DNA of 58,252 bases from Bdellovibrionota bacterium. Lineage in GTDB: Bacteria; Bdellovibrionota_C; UBA2361. The translations under genes were made by a program, and so were the position numbers. This document shows positions 39,488 through 49,638 of the stretch, in pieces. Position 1 is the first letter of the stretch. Each line of letters starts with the position of its first letter. The notes under the pieces were generated by a model. That model was not told the DNA's origin. It saw nothing but the letters and a program-made list of their open reading frames with translations, and did no database searches. Where the stretch lies: the NCBI GenBank assembly GCA_044352465.1, contig JBILDU010000006.1, positions 1-58,252 of the forward strand. The letters are read 5' to 3'.

Positions 39488-40384
39488 ATGAGTATACCCC
39501 CAAATTCCCCGTCACCACGAACCGCGGAAGTTGACTGGCGAGACATCGCGGCGAAGGTCGGCGACCTCCCTCCGATGCCCCACGTGGCAGCTCGGGCGGT
39601 CACCCTCGTTGAAAATCCAGAAGCGACGGCGAATGCCCTGAGTGATATCTTGGCGAAAGACACCGCACTCGCGGCCCGGGTGCTTAAGATCGCCAACTCG
39701 GCGATGTTCTCACGACAACGCAAGATCACAACCCTCAATCAAGCCGTGATGACGATCGGATTCAAGGGGCTCAAAGGGATCATTATCGCGGCGGCGCTCC
39801 GGCAGATGAACAAATCGCTCAGCCCCACTGAGAGACTTGTCTGGGAACGCTCTTTGGCAACGGCGATCTGCGCTACTTTGGTGACGCGCCATCTCAAACG
39901 CCGCTACGTTGATGAGATCTTTCTCGCCGGGCTTCTGCACAGCCTTGGACAGGTGGTCCTGCTCTCCAAAGCCGACACCGCCGAGCGGTATAGCAGCGTG
40001 CTCGAGATCATCGAGCGAGAGGGCCTCGATTTCGTGTCAGCCGAAGAGAGAGCGTTTGGATTCTCTCATCCGCTCCTGGGGGCGATCGTCGCCAAGAAAT
40101 GGAATTTCTCCGCGGATACGTGTCAGGTCATTCTCCACTACCGCGATCAACTCGAGGGCGCAACCGAGGAGACCGAGGAGCAAGCGCTCGTCGTGCGATT
40201 AGCCGAGATCGTGAGTCACCTGGGTGGCATCGGCAGCCCCGACGGTTATCCGAATGAGCAGGGGGCTGCGTTAGCACTCCTGACGAACCTGGGGATCGAT
40301 CCGAGCGACGCCCCGAATCTCCTCCAATCATTGATCGAGGATACGCGGGCACAGTTTGAACAGGAACGGCATCTCTACGAATAG
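39488..40384 (+). CDS. HDOD-domain protein
   Basis: LPPMP, DTALAARVLKIANS, GLLHSLG, HPLLG..KWNF. Confidence 0.9.
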   Translation: MSIPPNSPSPRTAEVDWRDIAAKVGDLPPMPHVAARAVTLVENPEATANALSDILAKDTALAARVLKIANSAMFSRQRKITTLNQAVMTIGFKGLKGIIIAAALRQMNKSLSPTERLVWERSLATAICATLVTRHLKRRYVDEIFLAGLLHSLGQVVLLSKADTAERYSSVLEIIEREGLDFVSAEERAFGFSHPLLGAIVAKKWNFSADTCQVILHYRDQLEGATEETEEQALVVRLAEIVSHLGGIGSPDGYPNEQGAALALLTNLGIDPSDAPNLLQSLIEDTRAQFEQERHLYE

Positions 40385-40441
40385 CCGTTATCTCTCGGAA
40401 CTCGTGCCGTAGCCCAACCGCAATGGCGCAGCGCCTCGCAG

Positions 40442-41644
40442 CTATTCCTTAGATTTTCCGAGCTCTCGTAAGTTTGCGATCGACACGGGGATATCATCCG
40501 CTCTCTTCGGTATATGCGGACGTACCGCGTCACGGAGTTGGATACTCCCGCGATAGGCCATATCGCCCCCGCGGGTACCGTAGTTATCGATCCCCTGCCA
40601 CGCCCCGCGCGCGGAGTTCGATCGATCGACCGCCACGTGATACTCAATCCCGAGCGGGAGGCCTCGCTCTTCAAGGACTATCGTTTGCTGCGCTACCTCA
40701 CGGGCGAGCTTCTCGACGGCGAATAGGGCCTCTGTCTGCTCCTCGTTTAATTTAGCGAGGGAGTTATTCCGCGCCTCCTTGAATTGGGGACCGGGGTCTT
40801 TGCCCTCGACCGGACGAACCCGCTCGAAGCGAGCGGCCTTCTCACTATCGGTGAGGGACCGCACCTCCTCTGGCTGCAGAGGCTTCGACGGATCGTTCGG
40901 CGAGGTCAAGACCGTAAGGCTCTTCCGCTCCTCCGCGGACATCCCCTTCGTCGCCGCAGACAACGGTGTTACCGTCAGCGCGCCTTTCAAGGTCGGGTCG
41001 GAGAGATACGGGGAAGGCATGGCATTGTGCAGCACACCTGCCTCATCCTTCCGGAGCATCAGGGCTTCGCGAAGCGAGTCACAAAGATCGAGTTTTGCCG
41101 CGGAATCACCACCTTTAAGACGTGTGATCTTGGCTTCCCAGCCGCTCTTTCCACCGTACACATCCTCACGAATATTGAAGCCTTCAGCCATCTTTTTATC
41201 GATACGATCGCGCGCGCTCTTTTGAGAAGCCGCGAATCCCTCCGGATCTTTCAGCGCTCGCTCAAGCGAACTCAGGGTGATCTCTCCCTTTTCAAGCGAA
41301 AGCTGTAGCTGTGCCCGTGCATCTTTCAGGACTTGCTCAGCCGGTTCCCCACCAACGATCCGTTTGTACACCATCTCATCAAGGGCCTTAAGCTGCTGGA
41401 GTGCTACCGAGACCGCGTGCTTTTGCTCAAGGGTAAGCTCCGGAGCCACCTTCGCCGCCGCAGCTGATTGCTGCTGGCCCTGGGGGTCTTGCTCAAGATT
41501 TTCGAGGGGTGGCGCCTTCGGCGCATGCTCCATCGCCACAACCCGCGCCTCTGGGCTGAGGTTCGCGGCGATCTCTTGCTGAGTTACCGGCTGAGCGGGA
41601 GAGACAGCCGCAGCGGCGGCTACGGTGAAAGCTTGCAGACTCAT
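40442..41644 (-). CDS. Hypothetical protein
   Basis: ~400-aa ORF with coding-like composition; no family recognised. Confidence 0.65.
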   Translation of the reverse strand: MSLQAFTVAAAAAVSPAQPVTQQEIAANLSPEARVVAMEHAPKAPPLENLEQDPQGQQQSAAAAKVAPELTLEQKHAVSVALQQLKALDEMVYKRIVGGEPAEQVLKDARAQLQLSLEKGEITLSSLERALKDPEGFAASQKSARDRIDKKMAEGFNIREDVYGGKSGWEAKITRLKGGDSAAKLDLCDSLREALMLRKDEAGVLHNAMPSPYLSDPTLKGALTVTPLSAATKGMSAEERKSLTVLTSPNDPSKPLQPEEVRSLTDSEKAARFERVRPVEGKDPGPQFKEARNNSLAKLNEEQTEALFAVEKLAREVAQQTIVLEERGLPLGIEYHVAVDRSNSARGAWQGIDNYGTRGGDMAYRGSIQLRDAVRPHIPKRADDIPVSIANLRELGKSKE

Positions 41645-41866
41645 ACAGCCCCTGAACTTAATTAACAGGTTTTTTAGCGAGGGCACGGCCGCGTAGGACG
41701 GTACCCATAAAGGTGTTATGGAGGAGATGACGACTGCGGTTGCAAAACCCTAAAAAGGCGATAATCCTCATAAAAAAGGTTACCGAAGAGAAGCTGTTTG
41801 AGAGGTTGAAGCCCCATAAAACCAGTTACTGAACTTTTATAAGGTTCGGGAAATATCAGAGAAATC

Positions 41867-42836
41867 ATGGGTTTTGACGAGTTAAAGCACCGCTACTTGA
41901 ACGGAACTCGTCGTAAGAATTGGGAGATCCTACGAAGTTTTGTGGACCCTACACGGGTACAACCCCAGAGCGCCATCCGGCTTCCGAACCGCGGGGTGAA
42001 AATAACGCTCTCACGGGTCGAAAAGCGGGTAAGCGAGGACCGAAAGCACGCTACCAAGACCCTGAGTTTCGCCGCACGCTGAGGCTACTGTGGAACGAGA
42101 TGGAGTGGCAGTGCGGACGGAACATGAAGGAAGCCGTTCCTCGCTGGCTGCCTGACTTTGAAGACGAGCACGGAGCGCTAGCGGGCGACCTTCGTGAGTG
42201 CCTGCTTGCTATCAGCCACTCTACGATAGACTGAATTCTCAAAGAGTTCCGGGTTCAAGAGAGGTGGAAGGGCGGCACACGCCGAGGAGCTCTTAAGGAC
42301 CAGATTCAAATTTCCACCCACGCCCTGAGAGCCGATCGGCCCGGTCCCATCGGAGTCGACACCGTTGCCCACTGTGGCGGTGATATGTCGGGGCGCCTTC
42401 GATGGACGTTTACCGCCACCGACATCGTTACCGGCTGGACCGAGGTGCGCTCAGTCTGGGCAAAGGGAAAGGCGCCTATTATCGAACAATTCTGAGATAT
42501 GCGAAAAAGCTTTCCGTTTCCAATCGTACGCTTCGACTCAGACAACGGCGGCGAGTTCATCAATCGCGCCATGTTCCTCTTCTTGCAACGGCAAGGCATC
42601 GCCCAGACGCGCTCTCGCGCGTACGAGAGCAACGACAACGCTCACGGCAACAGAAAAACAGAACTCACGTACGAAACTATCTCAAGGAAATGAGAATCGA
42701 TAATGCAGAAGTTTCTGGAGCTCTTGACGCCATCCTCAAGAACACATTTTCAACTCTCAGGAACTTCTTCTTCCTGCCCTGCCCCCTAGAGCAGTTCGAG
42801 CGGGGATTTAAACTTACTCGAAAAGAGGTGGCTTAA
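41867..42836 (+). pseudogene. Degraded DDE (rve) transposase, ISNCY-like
   Basis: Fragments DTVAHCG, TDIVTGWTE, FPFPIVRFDSDNGGEFIN, TRSRAYESNDNAH split by stops and frameshifts. Confidence 0.85.
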
Positions 42837-42840
42837 GTCG

Positions 42841-43947
42841 TCAATTTTTTCGGGGGAAGATCACCCGTGACGAGATCAGGATTAAGATGAGATCAGGATT
42901 AAAGTGTTCTAAATTTGCTGCTTCAGTGAGGGTAGCCCCCACTTCGACGCCATTGACATGGCGACCGGAGGTTGGATGACTTTCAGAAGAAAAGTTCCTA
43001 TGGAAAGCTATTAGGTCTTCATAACTCCTCCCAGTGAACAACATAGTCGAGGTGAGAGAGGATCCAGCTTCTGTCCCAACGTATCCACCTGAAGTAGGAT
43101 GTCGTTCTCTAGCAAATCGCTCATTTAACGCTAGGATCTCCTCGATAGGCTTACCTGAAAGCAATGCAATAGACGTGAGAGTAGCTCCTGTCTCTGTACC
43201 CACATAATGACGACCAGAAGAGGGGTGTCTTTCTGATGAAAATCGCTTGTGTAAATCCCACACCTTGTCGGCTGGTGTATCGGTCAATAATGAAATGGCT
43301 GTCAGCGCCGCACCAACCTCGCAACCGATCACATGTCTGCCTGACGTAGGATGATTGGCGGCAGAAAACTCACGATGAAGTGTTAAAATCTCTTGGTACG
43401 GTTTATGGGTAAGTAACGCAACGAAGGTTAAAGTTGCACCAGCTTCAGCGCCATTGAAATGGAGATTAGAGGTTGGGTGACTTTCAGAGGAGAACTTTCT
43501 ATGTAGCTGAAGTACCTCTTTGTAGCTTCTTTTAGTTACTAGCGTCGTAGATGTAAGCGCTGCTCCAACCTCAACCCCATTAACGTGACGACCCGACGTG
43601 GGGTGGTTCTCTGCTGAAAAGTATTGGTGTAATCGCAAAACTCCATCATAAGAAGTATTGGTCATCAAAGCTGTGGCGGCTAGCGATGCGCCGGCAGTGC
43701 TACCCGTAAAGTTCGAAGAAGTGGGATGCCTTTCTGCAGTGAATCTTCGATAAAGGTCATTAGTTCTGTCATAGGCTACTTTATCAGCGCCTTGGAGACT
43801 GGGAGCCGAGGAATTAATGTTTCCCTCTTTTTCATTGCAGCCGACAAGTGAAGTTACTAATGGTAGCGACAGGCTGCTGAGGGTGAGTCTTTTTAGACAT
43901 TCTCTACGAGTAATATTTTCGACGTTTGGTGCTGTAGCTTTCGTCAT
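42841..43947 (-). CDS. Probable Tat-exported lipoprotein with seven His-rich ~42-aa repeats
   Basis: TRRECLK, LVGC; 7 x HP(T/S)S repeats; AT-richer than flanks by eye. Confidence 0.8.
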   Translation of the reverse strand: MTKATAPNVENITRRECLKRLTLSSLSLPLVTSLVGCNEKEGNINSSAPSLQGADKVAYDRTNDLYRRFTAERHPTSSNFTGSTAGASLAATALMTNTSYDGVLRLHQYFSAENHPTSGRHVNGVEVGAALTSTTLVTKRSYKEVLQLHRKFSSESHPTSNLHFNGAEAGATLTFVALLTHKPYQEILTLHREFSAANHPTSGRHVIGCEVGAALTAISLLTDTPADKVWDLHKRFSSERHPSSGRHYVGTETGATLTSIALLSGKPIEEILALNERFARERHPTSGGYVGTEAGSSLTSTMLFTGRSYEDLIAFHRNFSSESHPTSGRHVNGVEVGATLTEAANLEHFNPDLILILISSRVIFPRKN

Positions 43948-44013
43948 GGTCAGTAGCCTCTTTTTAAAAAACGTTTACCACAGTAAAGTTCCTTAAAATT
44001 AGTTGACGCTATC

Positions 44014-44263
44014 TCTGCTCTACCGCGGTGATAAGTTCCTGCCTTTTCTTTTCCCCCACCGGCCTGCTCCTCGCATAAAATGGGCAAGATAAGCTTGCGT
44101 GCAAATACTGTTATAATATCCCAGGCGTTGTATGTCGCATAACGCGCTAACTTTTTGCCGGGACACGGGATTTATTTGGGGGACGGGAGCCCTTGTTGCT
44201 ACAGAGCTTCGAAGGTGGGCTTTTAGGGGAAAAGTGGTGCGTGGACGGAGGTGTAGGAAGAGG
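44014..44263. repeat. ~250-bp direct repeat of 45687..45936 (truncated cassette leader)
   Basis: tctgctctaccgcggtgataagttcctgcc...cagagcttcgaaggtgggcttttaggggaaaagtggtg on both sides of the HEAT gene. Confidence 0.95.
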
Positions 44264-44419
44264 TGCCCCTCGTCTGGGTGAGACGAGGGGTGAGGAAATA
44301 CTCTTATAGAAGGAAGAAATGACCCGCAGTTTTCTGGTCTTTGAAGCAAGGCGGCCCCTACTCACCCCTAAAATAAGCTTGTTTTGTTCTTGCAACCCTG
44401 GCGCCAGGGCTGCCGAGTC

Positions 44420-45589
44420 CTAACGCTCTTGGATCTTCTTAAGAGCGTCACGCACTTTTTCCAGGAGATCGGAGGAGCGATCCCAGTTGTCATAGTCACA
44501 CAGCGCAAAAGCAAACGCCCAATTCTTGAATGAAGACAGCATTTGCCATCTTAGAGCTGGAATCGCCGCCGGGTCTCCTATCTCGCCGAGTGCCCACGCC
44601 GCATAATTCCCCGAATAAGACTTATCCTTCAGCGCTTTGATGAGTGCGGGAACCGCCGCCGGGTCTTTTATCTCCCCAAGCGCATTCGCCACTGCACAAC
44701 GAACCGTCTCAACCTCATCCTTCAGCGCCTCTATAAGGGCTGGAACTGCCGCCGGATCTTTTAGGTGTCCAAGCAGTTCAGCCGCCACCTGACGAGTCTC
44801 AGGGCGATGATACTCCCACCCCGGTGGAACCTTTACCTTTAGTACCCGGATAAGAGCCTGAACCTGCGTTCGGTCTATTAGATTTTTGTTTGCGTAGCGC
44901 AGCACCTCTACCGCCTCACTATTGTTTATCTCCGGATCGCCGATCGACTCTATGAGGGCCGAAACCACCCCCGGCTCCTTAAGAAACGGAATAAGTGCCC
45001 GCGCCGCCTTATACCTGAATAGAAAATCTATATCTTTCTCTTTTAGCAGACGGCAGAATGCTGGAACCGCCCGCGGGTCACCTATCTCAATAAGCGCGCT
45101 CCTCGCCTCGTCCCAAATGCCCGCGTTGCCAACCCAATCCTTCAGCGCCTCGCAGAGTGCGGGAACTGCCAGCGGGTCTCCTAACTGCCGAAGCCTCTTC
45201 ACCGCATAGTCCACAACAGCCGCTTTTTGATCCTTCACCGCCTCGCAGAGCCCCAGAACCGCCGCCGGATGTTTTATCTCCCCAAGCGCCCACGCCGCAT
45301 CATAACGGACTCTCCAATCCGTATGCTGGCTGCGATCTCGGACCGTACCGATCAAGCCTTGGATTCTCTCTAAAACTACGTCAGTGGTCGAGGTTGGTTT
45401 GGCTGATGATTCAACCGTACGCTCTCCCATCTGGGCCGAAAGATTGGTAAGGATCGCATTGGCTTTTTCGGCTGAGAGACCAGGTAACGCCTCTTTCAGC
45501 GCCTCACTGAGGGCTTTCATCCCTTCAAGATTAGCCTTAGCTGCTATCTGCTCAATCGTGTTAGAAATCTGACTATTCATTTCCTGCAT
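44420..45589 (-). CDS. HEAT/PBS-lyase-repeat protein with cassette-type N-terminus
   Basis: Repeated AAWALGEI, AVPALIEALKD, VRxxAAxAL. Confidence 0.9.
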   Translation of the reverse strand: MQEMNSQISNTIEQIAAKANLEGMKALSEALKEALPGLSAEKANAILTNLSAQMGERTVESSAKPTSTTDVVLERIQGLIGTVRDRSQHTDWRVRYDAAWALGEIKHPAAVLGLCEAVKDQKAAVVDYAVKRLRQLGDPLAVPALCEALKDWVGNAGIWDEARSALIEIGDPRAVPAFCRLLKEKDIDFLFRYKAARALIPFLKEPGVVSALIESIGDPEINNSEAVEVLRYANKNLIDRTQVQALIRVLKVKVPPGWEYHRPETRQVAAELLGHLKDPAAVPALIEALKDEVETVRCAVANALGEIKDPAAVPALIKALKDKSYSGNYAAWALGEIGDPAAIPALRWQMLSSFKNWAFAFALCDYDNWDRSSDLLEKVRDALKKIQER

Positions 45590-45591
45590 AC

Positions 45592-45732
45592 CTACATTTC
45601 TCCTATCGCAATTGCTAAAAGTTCACGGACGACCTCAGCTTTCCTCTCTTCACTGACCGCTGGGTCAGCTAAGAAGAGATCAAGCATCTGCTCTACCGCG
45701 GTGATAAGTTCCTGCCTTTTCTTTTCCCCCAC
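45592..45732 (-). CDS. 46-aa acidic cassette leader protein
   Basis: (V)GEKKRQELITAVEQMLDLFLADPAVSEERKAEVVRELLAIAIGEM; GTG start preceded by GAGGAG. Confidence 0.75.
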   Translation of the reverse strand: MGEKKRQELITAVEQMLDLFLADPAVSEERKAEVVRELLAIAIGEM

Positions 45733-46192
45733 CGGTCTGCTCCTCGCATAAAATGGGCAAAATAAGCTTGCGTGCAATTACTGTTATAATATCCCAGGCA
45801 TTGTATGTCGCATAACGCGCTAACTTTTTGCTGGGACACGGGATTTATTTGGGGGACGGGAGCCCTTGTTGCCGCAGAGCTTCGAAGGTGGGCTTTTAGG
45901 GGAAAAGTGGTGTATGGGCGCAGGTGTAGGACGAGGCCCCCATCGCTCGTATCAAGACGATGGGGGCCTTATTCCTGGTGAAGGGATTAGGAGACTCTCA
46001 TCTGCTCTGGATGCGGTCGCCGAAGAGAACGCGAGATACGCTCCTGTCCGGCACATTCCCCCGCTTCGTCACACAATTCGGCTCTAATGACACACGCTAC
46101 CCAATTTGAAAGGAATTCTCGCTACCGTCATTGCGGTGCCGCCGGAGCAAACCATTCCCTCTGAAAACCTCAGAGTGCTAGAGGCGCGCCCC

Positions 46193-46702
46193 TTAGCGCG
46201 TTCTCAGGGAGATTACGCAGTGGGTTTCTAAAGACTCGATCATAGTGGTATTCTTACCGGCTGAGCGCTCCCTCTGCTGGACGACGCTATGCGCGAATCT
46301 GACTGGCCCTGAAATGCGCGACGGGGGATAAATGGTCGCCGTTGACTGAACGGTACGCTCGTCAATTGTTTGAAAAATTGAGGAATTGCAACGTTGGATC
46401 GTACGATTAGGACGAGCGAAGCAATCCAACGCCCAACTTATGTTTTCCAGATTGGTAACGCGCAGATCGAGATGTGTCCGCCCGACCAGCCCTGTGCTGC
46501 GATAGATCAAGGAGTCCGGCCCCACATCTACCGTCCTCTCTATCACTGATGAATCGGGAAGCATGCACGATATGTGCGCATTCACCATTACCTTACCTTG
46601 ATAAGGCCGAGCAAAAGCCCCTGAGGACGGGAATAAAGACGCTATCATCAAAGTGAAGGCGGCTGAAATGGCGCTACGGCGGTAAGTCCGACAACCTAAC
46701 AT
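46193..46702 (-). CDS. Secreted hypothetical protein
   Basis: Signal-peptide-like N-terminus ending AFA; 4 Cys in the mature part. Confidence 0.55.
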   Translation of the reverse strand: MLGCRTYRRSAISAAFTLMIASLFPSSGAFARPYQGKVMVNAHISCMLPDSSVIERTVDVGPDSLIYRSTGLVGRTHLDLRVTNLENISWALDCFARPNRTIQRCNSSIFQTIDERTVQSTATIYPPSRISGPVRFAHSVVQQRERSAGKNTTMIESLETHCVISLRTR

Positions 46703-46823
46703 AGAAAAATCCTGAAAAACTAAACTCAATCACGCAATGTCCATTACGGGACCTCATCTTTCGTTATGAGCACATCTCATGGAGTGTCGCATAAACAGGG
46801 AGAATATCCCTTTTTAGCAATCT

Positions 46824-47008
46824 TGGGATGTCCCGCTTTTTTGATAATCGGACAAACGTAATCTGAGTGAATTTGATATTCGATCCTTCTCCTCGAAAGG
46901 AGGACTATGAACGACGGAGCGACGAAATAACGGCGGCAATATACGCCGGAACAGAAGGTGAAGATCGTGAATGAGGCGCTGACCACGGACATCGGGGTGT
47001 CTGGGGGG
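46824..47008 (+). mobile_element. IS3-family left-end remnant with broken orfA
   Basis: TGGGATGTCCC...GGACA end; AAGGAGG RBS; ATG 46907 MNDGATK*RRQYTPEQKVKIVNEAL. Confidence 0.65.
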
Positions 47009-47056
47009 ACTATACATCATCCCGTAGCTATTTCAGGGGGGCAGGGCAAGGGCACT

Positions 47057-47566
47057 TCACGCCGAGAATAGCTCCTCGATAAAAAACTGAGTTTGGGGGG
47101 GGATCCTGCTGTGCGGGTAGTATGCTTCAATTATCTCAAAGACCTCGGTGGGTTCTTTGAGCTTGAGCTCCTTGATGAGAAACACTACGTCATCTCGGTC
47201 TGAAGTATCCCACCGCGCACTGATACATTTCATTGCGAGCATGTAGCGCGGCTCGGGTGCCCACACGCGAAGGTGAGACAGCGCCATTACCTCTTGCTTT
47301 GCGAATCCGGGAAGGATGAATCCTTTCGCCGCATCGTTAAGCCAGTCTGGAGGAAGCCCTTCGCCTATGGCTATCTGGCTTGCGAGATTACGAATCACTG
47401 ACGAAGGCTCAAAAACAGCGTCGACATCTTTTGTCGCCGCTCGAGTGTTGTACACCAAGCACATAACGGCGCCGCCAACGATACCGATTTCACCGACCTC
47501 CCCACGATCTCGCAGCAGATCATTTAATTGCCCAAATAAGGCGCGAATTCGGTCTTTCGTCAGCAT
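47057..47566 (-). CDS. Nucleotidyltransferase (DUF6036/AbiEii-like)
   Basis: IVGGAVM, TKDVD, WLND, LAMK, DRDD. Confidence 0.8.
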   Translation of the reverse strand: MLTKDRIRALFGQLNDLLRDRGEVGEIGIVGGAVMCLVYNTRAATKDVDAVFEPSSVIRNLASQIAIGEGLPPDWLNDAAKGFILPGFAKQEVMALSHLRVWAPEPRYMLAMKCISARWDTSDRDDVVFLIKELKLKEPTEVFEIIEAYYPHSRIPPQTQFFIEELFSA

Positions 47567-47567
47567 G

Positions 47568-48140
47568 TCACGCTCGCGCTAAAAAGTTGTCGTGGACGAA
47601 TATGTTATTGGCTCGAAAATGGATGGGCGCCTCAAGAATTGCACTCGCTTTGAGGGAATTCATCTCAGCGACGAACCAAGGTTTTGGCAGAAAACGTCGT
47701 CTAACGGCCCACGAAGGAGTGTCGATTGAGACCTCTTCGCACAGCGCTCGCACCGTTGAGGCTATGAGGGCGGCGATCTTGATATCGGTGCCGCTGGGAG
47801 GAGGGAGTATGATCAGTCGCGCGTCTACGGTGCGACGAAATTCATCGACAAAGTCGAAGAGGTGCGTTTTCCAAGAGTCCAATCCGTCACGCGCAATCTT
47901 AAGAGCTATGGCTACGGTCGAGTACTCAGAGAGGATCTCTTGTGATCCAACGATGACCTCCACATCTCTTTCAAGGATGGAAGCGAACTGACTGATCGAG
48001 TTCATCGTCACATTTCCCGTTGAGGGATTCTCAAGTTGCCGCACGGCACCGCGGGACAATCCAGACCTCAGCGTAACCGTTCGCTCCGAGAGCTTGAGTG
48101 CTCGACGCAGGTGCGAGAAAGGCAGATAGAATTGGATCAT
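47568..48140 (-). CDS. XRE-HTH protein, probable antitoxin partner of the NTase
   Basis: N-terminal HTH; PKPWF, APIHFRANNIFV; 1-nt gap to the NTase start. Confidence 0.7.
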   Translation of the reverse strand: MIQFYLPFSHLRRALKLSERTVTLRSGLSRGAVRQLENPSTGNVTMNSISQFASILERDVEVIVGSQEILSEYSTVAIALKIARDGLDSWKTHLFDFVDEFRRTVDARLIILPPPSGTDIKIAALIASTVRALCEEVSIDTPSWAVRRRFLPKPWFVAEMNSLKASAILEAPIHFRANNIFVHDNFLARA

Positions 48141-48771
48141 ATAAAGTACAATTATGGTACATTTAAAAATACCATAAGGCAACTTGTTTATTTTACACTG
48201 TTTTCAACAGGTTAATGAGCTGTATTCACTCCTACAGAGCGCGGGGAGAGCGCACCAACGGCACACTTACTTGTGAGTAAAGCGCTATCCATATTCAGGA
48301 CCTCATACTACTTCTGCGCATGTAGCGTATCACTTTTATACGAGGCGAATGATTTCAGTCCTCAGTCTGAGGTTTGAGGCGCTCCGCTTGAGTCCTTTTG
48401 CTTTCGTTCTCAAGTCTCCATTTATAGTCGTCTCTTCCTTGAAATTCGCCGATGGCCCAGGAGCTTGTCGTCTCTCGTTCGAGCGAGCACTCGACGCTAT
48501 TATTTCACGGTCCTCAGAGTGGGCCCTAACACAGCGATTAGCGGTATGCTTCTTTAGTCGGGTGTGTTGGATATACTGGTGGAACTTGTGAGTATTTTGA
48601 TGTCTCTAGCTGGGCCGTAAGCTCCTTGGGGCTCGTGTATCTTGGACACAAGTAAATTCCGAGCAAGGTATCGGTAGATCCCACCAGCCAGCTATACCCG
48701 ATTCAACGCGAGCTAAGGACCCGCTGAACAAGCTCCACGGACGGAGCTTGCTCAGTGTGCATCCCTAGAAC

Positions 48772-49632
48772 TCACTGCCGGTTCACCATGAACACGGCAT
48801 AATCGGTGCTCAAGCTCACCAGGTTATCACCCCCACTCGCGGAGGCGGGATACTCATTCGGCACAACCACGGGCGTCAACTTGGAGCGGCCGGCCGCCGC
48901 AAACTCACGAGCGACGACTTCTCGGGCGGTTGGAGTGTCAGCGAGGCGAAGCGACCTTACAGCGCCGGTAAAATCAAGCTCAAGAGCAGCCGCCAGCGGC
49001 GTGAGGGTAACGTCCCCGGGGAGTGGTAGCGGGACGCGAACGGCATCGAGATTGGAGGCTGCGATCAAAATTCGGTCCGTAGCCCTAAGCTCTCCGACCC
49101 GACCTCGCGCCGCATCAGTCTGGCGAGCATAATCCTCCGGGCGAAACTCTGGTGACGTCGTTTCGGGGACACCGATGGCCAGAACTCTCAAGCCATGCAG
49201 ACGCGCAGCGCCGATAAGCTGCAAGGTGGTGGGAGCGATCAGATACTGTCCCCCGAGCGGAGCGAGCTCCGCCAGAGTTTCGACACTCAACGCGTCGATC
49301 TGGGTTTGAGCGCGGGAATCTACCAGGACGCCTACCGTTGTGAGCCCTGCTGCGGCAAGCGCGGGTAGGCTCTCCGCGAAGGCTCGCAAAAATTCCTCCG
49401 CGGCAGGCGATGGATCCCCTCCCCGATCTGATACTAAACCACCCATGACGACGATTCGATAATGCTCTAGTAACTCGGACAGCTGTGCGGCGAGATCCCG
49501 ACCTGCGGCCTCAATATAGCCCCGTAGTTCACCATCAAGCCGCGCGGCCTCGGCGGGTGGAACCAGTTCCGAGTCGCCGGAAGCCCGGTCATCAGGTTCG
49601 AATCGGCTCGTGGTGGTGGTCATATTCACCAT
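48772..49632 (-). CDS. Hypothetical protein, possibly a degenerate EreA/ChaN/Tiki-fold domain
   Basis: IVVMGG, LAAAGLTTVGV, LIGAARLHGLRVLAIG spacing; starts a few nt after the annexin gene stop. Confidence 0.55.
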   Translation of the reverse strand: MVNMTTTTSRFEPDDRASGDSELVPPAEAARLDGELRGYIEAAGRDLAAQLSELLEHYRIVVMGGLVSDRGGDPSPAAEEFLRAFAESLPALAAAGLTTVGVLVDSRAQTQIDALSVETLAELAPLGGQYLIAPTTLQLIGAARLHGLRVLAIGVPETTSPEFRPEDYARQTDAARGRVGELRATDRILIAASNLDAVRVPLPLPGDVTLTPLAAALELDFTGAVRSLRLADTPTAREVVAREFAAAGRSKLTPVVVPNEYPASASGGDNLVSLSTDYAVFMVNRQ

Positions 49633-49638
49633 ATCTCG

